The notes under the pieces are model-generated. The model ran no database searches, was not told the DNA's origin, and saw only the letters and a list, made by a program, of their open reading frames with translations. A program made the position numbers and the translations under genes. This document shows positions 24,360 to 38,698 of a DNA stretch of 64,000 nt, piece after piece; the stretch's first letter is position 1, and each line of letters starts with the position of its first letter. This stretch comes from Octopus sinensis (taxonomy: Eukaryota), in NCBI RefSeq assembly GCF_006345805.1, contig NC_043001.1, positions 92,132,001 to 92,196,000 of the forward strand, in the 5' to 3' direction.

Positions 24360-24635
24360 ACTTTATCATTATCACAACCACCATCACTACCGCCGCTACC
24401 ACCACCATTGCCACCATCGCCGCCGCCGCCACCGCTGCTGCCACCACCACCGCCGTCGCCACCAACGCCGCCACCGCCACCACCATCACCACTACCACGA
24501 CCATCACCACCACTACCATCACTGCCGCCACCATCGCCGCATCTACCACCACTACCACCAACACAGCCACTACCACCACCGCTACCCCCACTAACAACAA
24601 CGACGACGACGGCAACAGCAACAGCAACAGTAACC
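24360..24635. repeat. Degenerate (ACC/GCC)n trinucleotide repeat
   Basis: Direct inspection; open in several frames. Confidence 0.9.
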
Positions 24636-25343
24636 ACATTTATCAGAAATGGCTTTTTACGTAATTTACTTCTTTAACATAAATAGTACGCGGGAAAAAA
24701 AAAATACGTAGATTAAGACAGTAAGAGTTATTCACCTTTACAGAAGTCGCAGTTCTCTCAGTAAAACTGCTTACAAACAATATAACAGTTTTTGATATTG
24801 GAGAGCGGCAATGACTGAATTGATTCTCATTTAATTGTATATATTTTAATTGTTTGTTTCTTCATACGTTTCGTTTCATTCGATACCCTGACCCCAATGT
24901 TTGTTTTGTCTGTCCTCGTATCGTCCCCTCTTTTTCTCAACCTCATGGTTAATAATGAAATTGACTGAATTGATAGTGAATTAGGCGTCATACCTGAAAG
25001 CATTTAGTTATATTCATCTTTATAGTCTGTGTTCAAATTCTGCTAAGATCGATTTTAATTTACATCGTTCTGGGATTGATAAAATAATGTACCATATCTC
25101 TCGAAATAATTTCTCACTTTGCGCCTTGATTCGACATCATATAAAGGCGGTGGATTAATAGAATCGTGGATTAATAGCATCGAAATAAATGTCATGCGGT
25201 TTGTGCTCCTGTTCCTTGTTCTTGGGTCAGTTTGTCCTTTATCTCTCCGGTGTCAATAAATGAAGTACCAGTGAAGTACTTGGTCCGTTTAATTAACAAA
25301 CCCCTTTCCGTCAAAACTGCTTGCCTTGTGCCTGAACATGTAT

Positions 25344-25654
25344 TACCGTGATCACCGTGACCGACCAGGCTATCAGATGTTGCTACACATCGCTGGTCAC
25401 AATGCGCTTCGCATTGTTTTAGCCTTCAAATGACGCCACCCTGCTGGCTAAGCGAGCAGGCCAACAGGAGAAAGAGTGAGAGAAAGTTGTGGCGAAAAAG
25501 GACAGCAGAGGACGCCACCAACCCCTGCCGGATCTTCGTGGAGCTTTAGGTGTTTTCGCTCAATAAACACTCACAAAGCCCGGTCTGGGAATCGAAACTG
25601 CGATCCTACGACCGCGAGTCCGCTGCCCTAACCACTGGGCCATTGCGCCTCCAC
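25344..25654 (-). mobile_element. SINE-C, tail type 1
   Basis: Reverse complement of 22843-23152; 10-bp TSD GAACATGTAT (25334-25343 / 25655-25664); sits at the end of a degenerate SINE-A (25155-25335). Confidence 0.9.
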
Positions 25655-25691
25655 GAACATGTATCAATTGTTGCTAATATTCGCAGCTCGA

Positions 25692-26130
25692 AGGGTGGCG
25701 GGTAGGTAGAATCGTTAGCACGCCGTATGAAATGCTTAGCGCTATTTCATCCGTCTTTACGTTCTGAGTTCAAATTCCATCGGGGTCGACTTTCGGGGTG
25801 GATAAAATAAGTACCAGCTTACCACTGTGGTCGATTTAATCGACTTACCTCCTCCCTAAAACCCCTGGCCTTGTGCCAAAATGTGAAACCAAAATTACTC
25901 GAGCTCGAGGAGGCAGCCAATTAGCCGAATCGTTAAGAGATCATACAAATTGCTATGCATACTTTTTTCCGACTCCTTACGCTCCAAGTTCAAATCCTAC
26001 CGAACTCACTTTCCTTTTCATACATTCTTGGTCGGTAAAATAAAGTACCAGTCCAAGAAATGTGGTCGATGGTTTCGACTAACCTCTCTCCTAAAAACTA
26101 CTGACTTTTCCTCTAAATTGTAAACCATTA
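25692..26130 (+). mobile_element. Two tandem degenerate SINE-A copies
   Basis: GAATCGTTAG...GTTCAAAT...AAGTACCAG...GTCGAT motifs twice. Confidence 0.7.
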
Positions 26131-26198
26131 TATTTGGAGATGAAAAGTGGTAGATTGGTTAAAATTTAAAATTGCTGGCTCGCGTCATAGAGTAGCCT

Positions 26199-26362
26199 GA
26201 AGGCGGCGAGCTGGCAGAAATGTTAATGCGTAGTCGTATTTCGTCTGTCGATAAATAAAGAACCAGTTACGCACTGGGGTCGATGTAATCGACTTAATCC
26301 GTTTGTCTGTCCTTGTTTGTCCCCTCTGTGTTTAGCCCCTCGTGGGTAGTAAAGAAATAGGT
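26199..26362 (+). mobile_element. SINE-A, internally deleted
   Basis: 12-bp TSD ATAGAGTAGCCT (26187-26198 / 26363-26374); B-box region missing. Confidence 0.85.
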
Positions 26363-26792
26363 ATAGAGTAGCCTATGAAACGTAACCAGTATTAAACGGT
26401 ATTAAACTACGTCTCGATTTCGAATTTAGTCAGAGTGAACTTTGCCTTTCATCCTTTTGAGGTTGATAAAATAAAGTATGTATTGAGCACTAAGGTCGAT
26501 TACATCAATCGACTAACCCCACCTCCTGCTTCTAGAATTGCTTGCTAGGTCCAAATATTTAAAACAAATATTTTGGAATTTATGAAAAGTTATGGCCTTG
26601 TGTTTATATTAGGGATTTTTGTGAAGAGGTGACGGCAAGAGGAAATTATTAAGTGCCGGACTAAATATCTTACAAGATGTTTCAAATTCTTATTCCCCCG
26701 GCATCTCCATTGTTCATCCTGCTAGAATGTCAATAGAACAGAAACCTCCAAAATACTCAAATCGATTAAATCTGTAGATTATATTTCTTTTG

Positions 26793-26964
26793 TAGGCGTA
26801 GGAGTGATTGCGTGGTAAGTAGCTTGCTTACCAACCACATAGTTCCGGGTTCAGTCCCACTGTGTGGCACCATGGGCAAGTGTCTTCTACTATAGCCACA
26901 GGCCGACAAAAAGCCTTATGAGTGAATTTGGTAGACGGAAACTGAAAGAAGCCCGTCGTATATA

Positions 26965-27019
<55 letters not shown>

Positions 27020-27230
27020 TTGTGTGTCTGTGTTTGTCCCCTCAACATCGCTTGACAACCGATGCTGGTGTGTTTATGTCCCCGTAACTTAGCGGTTCGG
27101 CAAAAGAGACCGATAGAATAAGTACTAGGCTTACAAAGAATAAATCCTGGGGTCGATTTGCTCGACTAATGGCGGTGCTCCAGCATGGCCACAGTCAAAT
27201 GACTGAAACAAGTAAAGAAGTAAAAGAGTA
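26793..27230 (+). mobile_element. SINE-B full length
   Basis: Consensus match with internal (TG)n. Confidence 0.9.
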
Positions 27231-27689
27231 CCTGAAAAAATATCACATTGAACACATAAAACTGAAACGGATATAAACGAAAGATGTAAATTTACATTCT
27301 TGCTCTCGTTGTCTTATATCCAAATCAAGATTTCAATTCTCACTCACTTTCGTAATATTTACGGAAGAGTAGAACTACCTGCGCCGCTGTTAGCTTACAC
27401 TTAAAGAAGTTGATGAGTGTTTTAGAGACGAGGAAAAGGATCTATTCACAACCTTTTCAACCTTATACAACTTATTACTTCTTTACCATAACACTGAAAA
27501 GAATATATCCATTTTTGCAAAACGGAACTGACAAAGATATTTTGAGAATGACCTCCAAGAAGGACATCATTTGTTCTACATGCGATAATAGCCGTTCCGA
27601 ATACATCCATGACTACGAAATCTGTTGCTTATAAGATGAACTATATTTTCCTCCGTTACTCAAAGAAACGCCCGAAAAAAAAGCTGTCC

Positions 27690-28205
<516 letters not shown>

Positions 28206-28251
28206 TAAACACATAAACATATACATACATATATACACATGGTTACACATA

Positions 28252-28302
<51 letters not shown>

Positions 28303-28589
28303 ACACACACATATATATATATATATACTTTATTTAAAAGCATCAGAAATATAACAAAAGCTGTTACTCTGCTGCTTTTAAGTAAAGCATACTACTCTAC
28401 CTCCGTTATTTGAGTACTCTTTTTTCCACCTTGTTTCACATTTATGTGCTTACTCCGGTGTATATATATATATATATATATACAAACACACACACACATA
28501 AGGCATTATATATACAAACACACACACATATGGCATTATATGAAAGCAAAAGTAACACTGCTGTTTATGTAGTTAAAGTATTTCCTGTT

Positions 28590-28810
28590 GGTGTTGTTTA
28601 ACCCCAGGTCAGTCCTATGTTCAAAGGTGTTCCTGTCATGATCACCACAAGTTTTCTTGGGTGTCTAGGACTACGCCACACGCTCATATGTCAACGGCTA
28701 CACGCACTAACCATTTTTATTTTTGACGGAAGGATATGAGTTGAAAAGGATTTAGTTGCTATTTCTAGCTGGTTTACCGATCATAAGGATGTTCCTGCAT
28801 TAATCAATTT
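28590..28810 (-). repeat. Old interspersed repeat remnant (SINE-D)
   Basis: TGTTGTTTAACCCCAGGTCAG...TTGCTATTTCTAGC; similar to 58145-58330. Confidence 0.4.
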
Positions 28811-29177
28811 AATTGCTTGTATACGTTTATGTTTTATAATTTTTCATCTTGTTATATTTTCTTTATTATTTATTGATGAGACAGAAGCAAAAGTTTTCAA
28901 ATATAGGAAATTAACATAATCAATTAGACTGTTCTTAGTTCTCTACTGATAGGTATTTCATCGAACCAGGGAGAGTAAAAGACAAAACTGATCTCAAGGA
29001 TATTTAAACGTATAGCATGAAGATCTCTCTGCTAATCAATAGAGCTCATGTCTGTCTTCGTATTTTTTCAAACGCCTTCCTCCATGTAACCCTCAAAAAG
29101 TATGGATGTACACAACCATGTAGTCTGCTTATAAGCGCTTTCATTCAACGTTGCGAGCTTTGCAAGTGACTAATGAC

Positions 29178-29272
29178 CCTCTCGAGGAGATCCGTCAATA
29201 TTTCTCACTGATAGCAACAGATCGATGGGCCTCTCGAGGAGATCCGTGAATATTTCTCACTGATAGCAACAG
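29178..29272 (+). repeat. 43-bp direct tandem duplication (period 52)
   Basis: CCTCTCGAGGAGATCCGT(C/G)AATATTTCTCACTGATAGCAACAG twice, one mismatch. Confidence 0.95.
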
Positions 29273-30139
29273 TCAAATTCGACAAAGAAATCTTACAAAG
29301 ATACACGAATAGTGAGAAGTGTGAAAAGAAGAAAAAAAAAGGGGGATTCTATGTAGAGCACAGTATAAAAGCATCCGGAGATATATGTAAGAAATATGGT
29401 TTTCACCTTTTAGTACCCAAATGTGGAACACAACAACGCCTGACTAGAATGAAGACACTATATTTTAAGATGAATGAAATGTTTGTATATATATTGCTTA
29501 TATTGCAAATGTAACTTATGGAAAGCACAACGATGTTCGTCAAAAATAGCAAAGGGCTTCTCAAAATAACATTTTTCTTGAAGACTGTCTTATCCAGTAG
29601 TTTTATACAATACAAGATTTACTAGAAGCAAACTTTAATTTAATTTTATGTTACGAATGTTGTGCTCAAAATATACGATCATTTGAGTCTCCTAACCAAA
29701 AGTACAGTAGAATTAAAGAAATTTTGTGATCTTTTTGTTAATGATTGTAATGATTACTGAAAGATGTAACTCTACTGGTCTCCATCTCTCTCTCTCTCTC
29801 TCTCTCTTGTCATCATCTAACAGAATACTTAATTGTTGGGAAGTCCTATAAAGTTAAAAATGAGGAGTTCCTTAAAGTACTGTAAAAGTACTTAAGAGAT
29901 GAACGAAATGTTTGTGATCATCAGCGATCTATTTCTTCCTCAATGACACTATTAAATTATTCTTAAACACTACTGAAGTACTTGAAGTCCAACCTTCCAC
30001 TAGTACTTATATGATTCAATCTAATACTTAAGATGAAAATCAAAATTGATAAGATAATAAGTGACTGTTAATAATGAAATGTCAATAAGAAGAGGTAAAT
30101 AATATCAATATATTAGCAAATTTTAAGAACAGATAATTC

Positions 30140-30374
30140 ACGAAGACTTCCCTTCTCCACAGTAGCCATAATTGCCCCAGAAAAGGGGGCTCTTCTGGCC
30201 CAAGAGGCCCCATTACTCTTTATGTGAAAAATTCTAAGAGTCTAAAATCATCTCTGGAATATAAGTAATGTATGTTCCCAGTTTGAAGAAAATCAGTTAC
30301 GAACTTCAAAAGTTATGTGGGCTTACACCCCACCACACACATACACACATACTGAGTTTTATATTTATATAGAT
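30140..30374 (+). mobile_element. Possible non-autonomous Helentron/HINE-like 3' end
   Basis: Ends ...ACACATACTGAGTTTTATATTTATATAGAT after a short CA/ACAT tract; internal GTTTGAAGAAAATC; resemblance only. Confidence 0.4.
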
Positions 30375-30480
30375 TACTGCGTAAAATGTTACATTTGGTG
30401 CTGTGCGTAATTTAAAATTATGCCTACAAATTACCACTTCTCAATTAAAGACAATAAGTTGATATTACATGCAATACAAA

Positions 30481-30690
30481 AGCACTGGCAGAATCGTGAG
30501 TTGGTTGGAAAAAATGCTTAGTGGCTTTTTGTCCGTAAGTTCTAAGCTCAAATTCCACTGAGGTAGAATTTGCCTTTCACCCTTTCAGGGTCGACAAAAT
30601 AAGTACCAGCCATGTACTGGTGTAGACGTAATCGACTATTTCCCTTCCTCCAAATTCCAGGTCTTGTGCCTATAGCAGAAAAGGATATTG
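30481..30690 (+). mobile_element. SINE-A, older subfamily
   Basis: CTGGCAGAATCG...CTCAAATTCC...GCCTTTCACCCTTTCAGGGTCGAC. Confidence 0.75.
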
Positions 30691-31559
30691 CGTATAATAT
30701 AAGCATAACCGGCAGCAGCCCGATATGAGACAAATAATTTGATAAGACTTACTTTGATAAAGAAAAATATACAGGTGAAGGAAGAGAGATAGATAGATAG
30801 ATAGATAGAATGTGTGTACCTGCGCGTATGTTAGAGAGAAAGAGAAAGAGAGATAGTGGGGAGGAAGGGAGGCTCGAAATAGCAAAGCTACCCTAGAGAA
30901 GTACGATGATGGATGAACTACTAAAAAAAAACACAATAATTCAGCAATGTGTTTGAAGGGTTGCTTAAGCGATAGCTGCATACAAAGGAAAGAAATGGAG
31001 ACAAGCATATACAAATGTCCTAATACATACATACACACATATATACACACATACACACACACACATACATACATACACACATATATACACACATACACAC
31101 ACATACATACATACATACATACATACATACATACATACATACATACATACATACATACATACATACATACATACATACGTACATGGTGGCTGTCTGCTCT
31201 TTGCGGAGCTTGGTATCTTATTGTACATATAATTGCTCCTTCCTAGCGTGAGACCTTAAATGACTTTTGATCTTTGAAAGGTGTTTGAAGAGCTAATCAC
31301 ACACACTGCAACAATGTCACACGTCAGCATTGTCTTCATTTTCCGCTTGTATATAACGAATGTTCAAGTGCCGCTTCAATACTCCACGTGACCTGCAGAT
31401 TTTTTTTTTACAGACATTGCATTGAAACTGATCAACCGGAATGAAATCTCAATAGATCATGTATGCCTTACGCGCATGAACATGTTGGTGCGATCTCATA
31501 CCACGAATATACATAGTTTTGTGCTTAAAGAATATTTCATGAAGGAATGAAAAACTCGC

Positions 31560-31780
31560 AAAGTTTTTTGATATTAATCTCAGTTTTACTAAATTTTCTT
31601 TTCATCTCAGCGTGCTTGACTCTATGAAACTTATAAACTTTAACTCCACTCCAAATCGTCGCTCTCCACGCTTCCCGGTCAAGTAATTCAAGGCTTTTGT
31701 AACATAATTTAAAGCATTTCAAATTTGTATCTTTTGTTCGGCTTTCTATTGTTTTTCTTTCCCAGCATAAGCACAATACA
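31560..31780 (-). pseudogene. RTE-clade LINE C-terminal fragment
   Basis: LELLDREAWRATIWSGVKVYKFHRVKHAEMKRK resembles the RTE C-terminal DRxxWRxxxxxG...KR motif. Confidence 0.55.
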
Positions 31781-31814
31781 AAACGTTTGTTTGAAAATGT
31801 TTTAAGGTGAGCTT

Positions 31815-32228
31815 ATACATACATACATACATACATACATACATACATACATACATACATACATACATGCATACATACATACATACATACATACATACAT
31901 TCATACATACATACATACATACATGCATACATACATACATACATACATACATCATACATACATACGAACATACATCATACATACATACATACATAACGCA
32001 TACATACGTACGTACATACATACACACACATACATACATACATACATATATGCATGCATAATTCATACATACAACATACATACATACATACATACATACA
32101 TACATACATACATGCATGCATGCATGCATGCATACATACATACATACATACATACATACATACATACATACATACATACATACATACATAAATACATACA
32201 TAAATACATACATACATACATACATACA

Positions 32229-32257
<29 letters not shown>
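31815..32257. repeat. (TACA)n microsatellite
   Basis: Direct inspection. Confidence 0.95.
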
Positions 32258-32259
<2 letters not shown>

Positions 32260-33690
32260 GCAGGCACGGTGAATAGAAATAGAGTGATCCGAGAGTATCA
32301 CACCAGACTTAGGAAAATATGGCAGTCGGAACTCTCCTCTCATAACAAAACAATATCTCACAATACATTTGCAGTACCAGTGCTGATCCAAACATTTGGG
32401 ATACTTGAATGGTCTGCAGAGGAAATCTACTCCATAGATATCAAAACCTTCAAAATCCTGACAACAAATGGGAACTTCCACGGAAACAGTGATGTTGACA
32501 GGCTCTACCTAAGGAGAAATGAAGGTGGTAGAAGCTTGAGATCAGTGCAGACGGCTTTTAAATGCCGTATGATCTCACTCAAGTAGCACCTGCTAAACAG
32601 CAGCAGTAAAAATAAATATATTAATGCAGTCCTGAAAAGTGAAGTGGGCAACATTGTACGAGTGGGCAGTGAACTCCTTAAGAAACACTCTCTTCCTGAT
32701 GATCTCCTAAACAGCCCCAAAACAGTGGGGCTTTCTTATCTCAGAGAAGAATTGGATGGAAAGCACTCAGCATACAAAAAAAAAAAGACTATGCATGGGT
32801 ATGTTACCCCGATGCTTGAAGAAGACAGTAGAATTGACATGAAGCATAGCCTCTCTTGAACACAAGACCACTACATCACACTTTGAAGGCTATGCGTTTG
32901 CAATCCATGAACAGGAGATTGCCTCAAAGTACATGGTGAACAAGAGAGACAGTGACTCTTTTGCAATCCCAAGGTGCAATCCCAAGGTGCAATCGCATGT
33001 GTAGGTTGTGTCATGTTTCTGTGGAAAACATTACGCATCTGATTAGCAGCTATCCTAAAATGGCCTCACGGTACTCCCTCCCTATGCAGCACGATGTTGT
33101 TACTAAAACAATTTGCAATGCCATCTGTAAAAAAAGTCTGTTCTGAAATAAATTTAGAAAATCCCTCTGTTATGGAATACATTCATAAACACCAACTCAA
33201 GGAATACTGGTGGAATATTCCCATCAAAACTTCTGTCAAATGTATGTGTAACAGGCCAGGTATTGTTGTTTGGGACAGAGGGGCAAAGGTATGTACAGTC
33301 ATTGAGGTCAGCTACCCTGCAGATATAATTATCTCTTTGAAAATCAGAGAAAAAGAGGATATCTATGGACAACTGCTTCGAAGCCTCCAGCTTCTATATC
33401 CAGGCTAGGAATTCATACTCATACCAATAATAATTGGAGCACTACGTTTTGTTAGCAAGTGCTTAAAGGGGAGTCTGGATGAACTGGAATTTTCAGAAAG
33501 CGAAACAGACCGGCTGATTCGAACATTACCAGTCCAATCTGTTAGTGGAAGAGTAAAAATATGCAAGACTTTCTTCAAGTTCTAAATGCGAATTGGTCTG
33601 TGTTGACTGCATCCCAAAGATGGAGCCTTGTTTCTTTGTTGTAAAATGGCTCCCTCCTCAGTTGAAGATTTATAATAATTAAAAAATAAG
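32258..33690 (+). pseudogene. 5'-truncated R4/Dong-like REL non-LTR retrotransposon
   Basis: NTFAVPVL, DVDRLYLRRNEGGRSL, CRLCHVSVENITHLIS, QHDVV, WWNIPIKT, NRPGIVV, IEVSYP..K; stops and frameshifts; 3'UTR hairpin GGAGCC...GGCTCC (~33624-33655) and TAA-rich end. Confidence 0.85.
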
Positions 33691-33753
33691 ACACTTACAT
33701 ACTTGCATACACACATACTTACATGTATGTACGTATGTATGTATGTAAGTATA

Positions 33754-33801
<48 letters not shown>

Positions 33802-33851
33802 CATATATATATACATATATATACATATATATACATACATACATACACACA

Positions 33852-33910
<59 letters not shown>

Positions 33911-34987
33911 ATACATTAAAAGTGAGCTTGAATTTTGCTTGCTTGCAATGTTACCCAGCCAAACTGGCGCATAATGAGAGAATACTATGAATTAGTTCCC
34001 TCTGTAATGTGAATAAGAACGGAATTAAACAAGAGCCTCGTAAATCGGACAAGTGGTTATTAAGATATTAGGAGTTTTCGGAGTATAATTACCCAAAACG
34101 GTGTCATAATGGGAAAATATTCCGAAAATAATTTAACCCTGAAAGGGAAGAAACTCTTACCTTTCGATTAAACACAAAGGCTTGACAAATAAAAAATGCG
34201 ATTTGTTTTTTACAGTAAATGTTTTTATTTTCGCTTTTGTAAAACACAATATTTTAATCATTTAGAAATATTTTCAAGTGAATGTAATTCAAAAATATAA
34301 GTTGTTTGTATAGGAAGTATTTATATTCTAGCTTTCTTTAAACAGATAATATTGCAATGTTATTTAAATTATTTTCAAGTAAATACCATTAGAAAAATTT
34401 CCTTTGACACATGTAAAAATATTTTAAAGTGAAAATGACTTTAAAAATAAGGTAAATATTTCGTAAAAGACCTGTTCGTAACCTCGTTGTGAAATATTTT
34501 TTTCCATAGATTTTTCGAGTGCATTCAATGTATCTCACCTCCAAAGATTTGGTTGCTATTTCTATCAGGCCATGCTAGCACGTAACAGCTATTTGCGATA
34601 AAGGACTCGAAATACCTTTTATGTGGAAGCAGAGGGTGCAAGAAATAGCAGTCAAATCTCTCCTTTTCTAGGGAAATGAGCCATTTACGCGTGATCTCAA
34701 TGCTGCATTCGTTGAAAGCACGCGAAATAACCTGGAAAAGAAAAAAACCTACGAAACAAAACTCCGGTGCTGGGAAACTCAGATTTTCCTGGTAACCCAA
34801 CTGGTCATGCGTAGTCTAGTCTAGTATATATATGTATATATATATATAAGGATAAGATCGTTAATTTAAAATAAAATAACGATTTTATCAAGTGGTCAGC
34901 ATGGAAAAAATAACCTTCAAAGGTAATAATTTTAGGCCTGGTGCCTAGAGTAGAAAAATAAATAAAAAATATCTTTCTATGAAGCTA

Positions 34988-35418
34988 CTAGCTGGCAGAA
35001 TAGTTAGCATGCCGGAGAAAATGCTTAGCACTATTTCTTCATGCCTTACATTTCGAGTTCAAATCCCAACGAGGTCGGCTTTGCTGTTCATCCTTCCGAA
35101 GTCGATAAAATAAGTACCAGTTGAGCACTGGGATCGAGGTAATCAAGAACTCTCCATCTACAAAATTTCTGCGTCTTGTGCCTATAATAGAAAGAAGCAT
35201 TATTAATATGCTATTCTGTCTAAGACGGAGAGCTGGCAGAATTTTCGGCATCTCCAGGCAAAATGCTTCGCAGCATTTCGGCCGTTTATACACTCTGAGT
35301 TGAAATTCCGCCGAGGCCGACTTTGCTTTCAACCTTTCGAGATCGATAAAATAAGTATCAGTTGAGTATTGGGATCTACTGAGCTTGTCGGCCTTGTGCC
35401 AAAATTGAAACTGATATA
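34988..35418 (+). mobile_element. Two tandem SINE-A copies, older subfamily
   Basis: Two heads GCTGGCAGAA with B-box and GCCTTGTGCC-type tails. Confidence 0.8.
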
Positions 35419-35538
35419 CAATTCTGTACACTAAACACAGTCATGCGTATATACCTACATGTAAAAATACACACTAACACGCACAGGAATGCATACCTAC
35501 ATACACATGTACATACATACAAATGTATGCATATATGT

Positions 35539-35585
<47 letters not shown>

Positions 35586-35590
35586 CATAG

Positions 35591-35621
<31 letters not shown>

Positions 35622-35640
35622 AGCATACATATATATGTAT

Positions 35641-36026
35641 GGAGGCGCAATGGCCCAGTGGTTAGAGCAGCAGACTCGTGGTTGTAGGATCGCGGTTTCG
35701 ATTCCTAGACCGGGCATTGTGAGTGTTTATTGAGCGAAAGCACCTAAAGCTCCACGAGGTTCCGGTAGGGGAGTTGGGGGTGGTGCATCCTGCTATACTC
35801 TTTCATCACAACTTTCTCTCACTCTTTCTTCTTGTTTCTGATTTAAATGTATTTCAAAGGGCCAGCTTTGTCACACTTTTGTGTCACGCTGAATCTCCCC
35901 GAGAACTACGTTAAAGGTGCATGTGTTTGTAAAGTGTTCAGCCACTTGCACGTTCATTTCACGAGCAGGCTCTTCCGTTGATCGAATCAACTGGAACTCA
36001 AGTCGTCGTAACCGATGGAGTGCCAC
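35641..36026 (+). mobile_element. SINE-C, tail type 2
   Basis: Same head/body as 22843; tail ...CACGCTGAATCTCCCCGAGAACTACGTTAA...GTCGTCGTAACCGATGGAGTGCC. Confidence 0.9.
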
Positions 36027-36029
36027 GAT

Positions 36030-36097
<68 letters not shown>

Positions 36098-36136
36098 GTG
36101 TGTGGTGTGTATGTGTGTGTGGTATATATATATATC

Positions 36137-36181
<45 letters not shown>

Positions 36182-36804
36182 GTGTGTGTATGTATGTATG
36201 TATAATGATACAGTGCGTGTGGAGTACATATATGTGTGTATACATGCTTGTATGTATTTTAAATGTATGCAAGATGGTCTGGCACTAGTGAAAGTATCCT
36301 ATATTAAAAAACACCCTCTGGGAATGTTGTTTTGATTACAAAGAAAGGACGCTTTGAAATGGAATTAAAGAAACTCTAATCAGACAGTGTCAAAGATCAA
36401 GAGGATGTTTACATTGTGGATTCATTCATAAAACCACTTTAAAAATAGACGGTTCCTGTGAAACGCTATCAACGTCGTAATATGGTAGTTTTTTTCTTTT
36501 TTTTTTTTCCTTTGCAAACAACTGTTAATGTAATTCCAGGTCTTTCGAGCCGGTATTGGAAAAATCATTAACCAACGCACTCGCATACAGACGCACGCAC
36601 ACACATGCATGCATACAGATACACACACAAACGCACACACATACGTTACTCATACACGTGCGCGCACATACAAACGTACACAGACACACGTGCGTGCGCA
36701 AGTGGTGCGCTATCGTTTGTGCTATTTTGTTAGTATGTTAAGTTATGAATTATTAAGTACATAATGACATGATTTGTATGTGTTCGTATTTATGTTTAGG
36801 TGTG

Positions 36805-36946
<142 letters not shown>

Positions 36947-36994
36947 TCACAAAGAGAGACACATATATCTATGTATATGTGTGTATCTTTGTGT

Positions 36995-37165
36995 ATTAAT
37001 CCCCTATACTCACCCTTTGACAACCTCTGTTGTTGCATTCACGTCACGTTAGCGGCTTAGCAAAAAGAGGCCGACCGGCTTTACAACAAAGTACTAAGGG
37101 CGATCCGTTCAACTAGAATTCTTCAACGTGGTGTCCAGCATCACCACAGACTGAGTGAAACAAGT
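36995..37165 (+). mobile_element. SINE-B 3' half, degenerate
   Basis: TTGACAAC...TTAGCGGC...GCAAAAAGAG...GAAACAAGTAA. Confidence 0.6.
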
Positions 37166-37173
37166 AATACGTA

Positions 37174-37214
<41 letters not shown>

Positions 37215-37539
37215 TTATAAATTACGGCATCTACGAGATACCATCATGCTAAAAATAGCAGCCATGATCTGACTCTAAAACCACCTTAATTTTCCCAATA
37301 TCAACACGGAGAGAAAACAAAGAGACAAGATGAAACTAGTAAAAAATTACTGGATAATTCTAGATCCCGGATTTCTGAATTTGCATTTAGGAATGCTTTG
37401 CCTCGTCAGTAGAATACACACAGAAAAGAAACATAAATACATATATATATAAATACAACATACAAATACTTACATATACGAACGTATACATACATATATA
37501 TGCACGTATGCATCAAGGCCAGTTCAAAATGCCCGCCGT

Positions 37540-37693
37540 TTAATTCCATGCGTAACTGGTACTTATTTAATCGACCCCTAAAAGATGAAAGGCAAATTCG
37601 ACCTCGGCGGAATTTGAACTCAGAACGTAACGGCAGACGAAATACGGCAACGCATTTCGCCCGGCGTGCAAAAGATTCTGCCAGCTCACCTTC
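37540..37693 (-). mobile_element. SINE-A
   Basis: Reverse complement of head and body. Confidence 0.85.
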
Positions 37694-38190
37694 TTAGCAA
37701 ATTATCAATAATAATAATGAAAAGTTAATCAGCACCAACAGAGGTTCTGTTTATTTATTCATATGCAGGTACAAGTGGTTTCTGAAATTTGAACTTCGAA
37801 TATAAAAGACCAGGAAGATATACCGCAAATCATTTTTTCCGAGGGTGTAAAGATTCCACTAGTTTGCCGCCTTTAACACTAATTTCTATGGTAGGCTTTT
37901 GGGCTCAAGGATTTATGTAAATAGTATTTATGTAAATAATTATTGAACATATATTTTCATAATGGTCATATGATAAGTTTGTTTAATAAATGTCTCTCAA
38001 CTCATCAGCATTTGAAATCTTGTATGTAAAAACGATTTTCATGAATTCACATCGTTTCCATAGTGAATTTCTAAGTTACACTTGTTTGTCTTAAAACATT
38101 TTGATACATCTTCCAGTGGAATTTAAAATACATGAAAACACAGACACGCGCGCACACGCACACACACACACACACATAGATATAGTTACT

Positions 38191-38298
38191 GTTCAGTCCC
38201 ACTGCCGTGCCAACTTGGGCGAATGTCTTCTACTATAGCCTCGGGCTAACAAAAGCCTGTGGATTTGGTCGACGGAAACTAAAAGAAGCCCTTCGTAT
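38191..38298 (+). mobile_element. SINE-B 5' half
   Basis: GTTCAGTCCCACTG...GTCTTCTACTATAGCCTCGGG...GGAAACTAAAAGAAGCCC. Confidence 0.75.
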
Positions 38299-38307
38299 AT
38301 TTATATG

Positions 38308-38420
<113 letters not shown>

Positions 38421-38612
38421 TGTTTGTTTGTATGTATGTATGTATGTATACAAGCTGGTGTACCCGGTAATTTCCCGGGGGTAAAGATGTTCTATTGAAA
38501 CGCCTTATTACTCTGATATAAGAAAGCAATTTCGTTATAAGAGTCACAAAAGGTGTATTCTCAGTCACTAAAAAGTATAAAAAACTGTCAGCTGAAGGAG
38601 GGAGAGATTGCT

Positions 38613-38698
38613 GGAGGTTGGTGAGAGAGGTTTTCGAAGGTTGGCGAGAAAGGTTGCCGGAGGTTGGTGAAAGACGTTGTCAGGGGTTGGCGAGAGGC
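38613..38698 (+). repeat. 23-bp minisatellite, ~3.7 units
   Basis: GGAGGTTGGTGAGAGAGGTTTTC / GAAGGTTGGCGAGAAAGGTTGCC / GGAGGTTGGTGAAAGACGTTGTC / AGGGGTTGGCGAGAGGC. Confidence 0.85.

Noticed and set aside
24305-24677. Poly-Pro/Thr/Ala/Gly ORFs resembling mucin, formin or homeobox low-complexity regions
   Set aside because: Degenerate (ACC/GCC)n repeat, open in four frames; no splice or domain context.
29178-29272. CRISPR-like repeat-spacer-repeat
   Set aside because: Only two repeats, a 9-bp spacer, eukaryotic context, no cas genes.
33612-33665. Minus-strand CTGAGGA...GAAAC in the R4-like 3'UTR
   Set aside because: GAAAC falls inside the loop of the GGAGCC/GGCTCC hairpin; wrong topology for a hammerhead.
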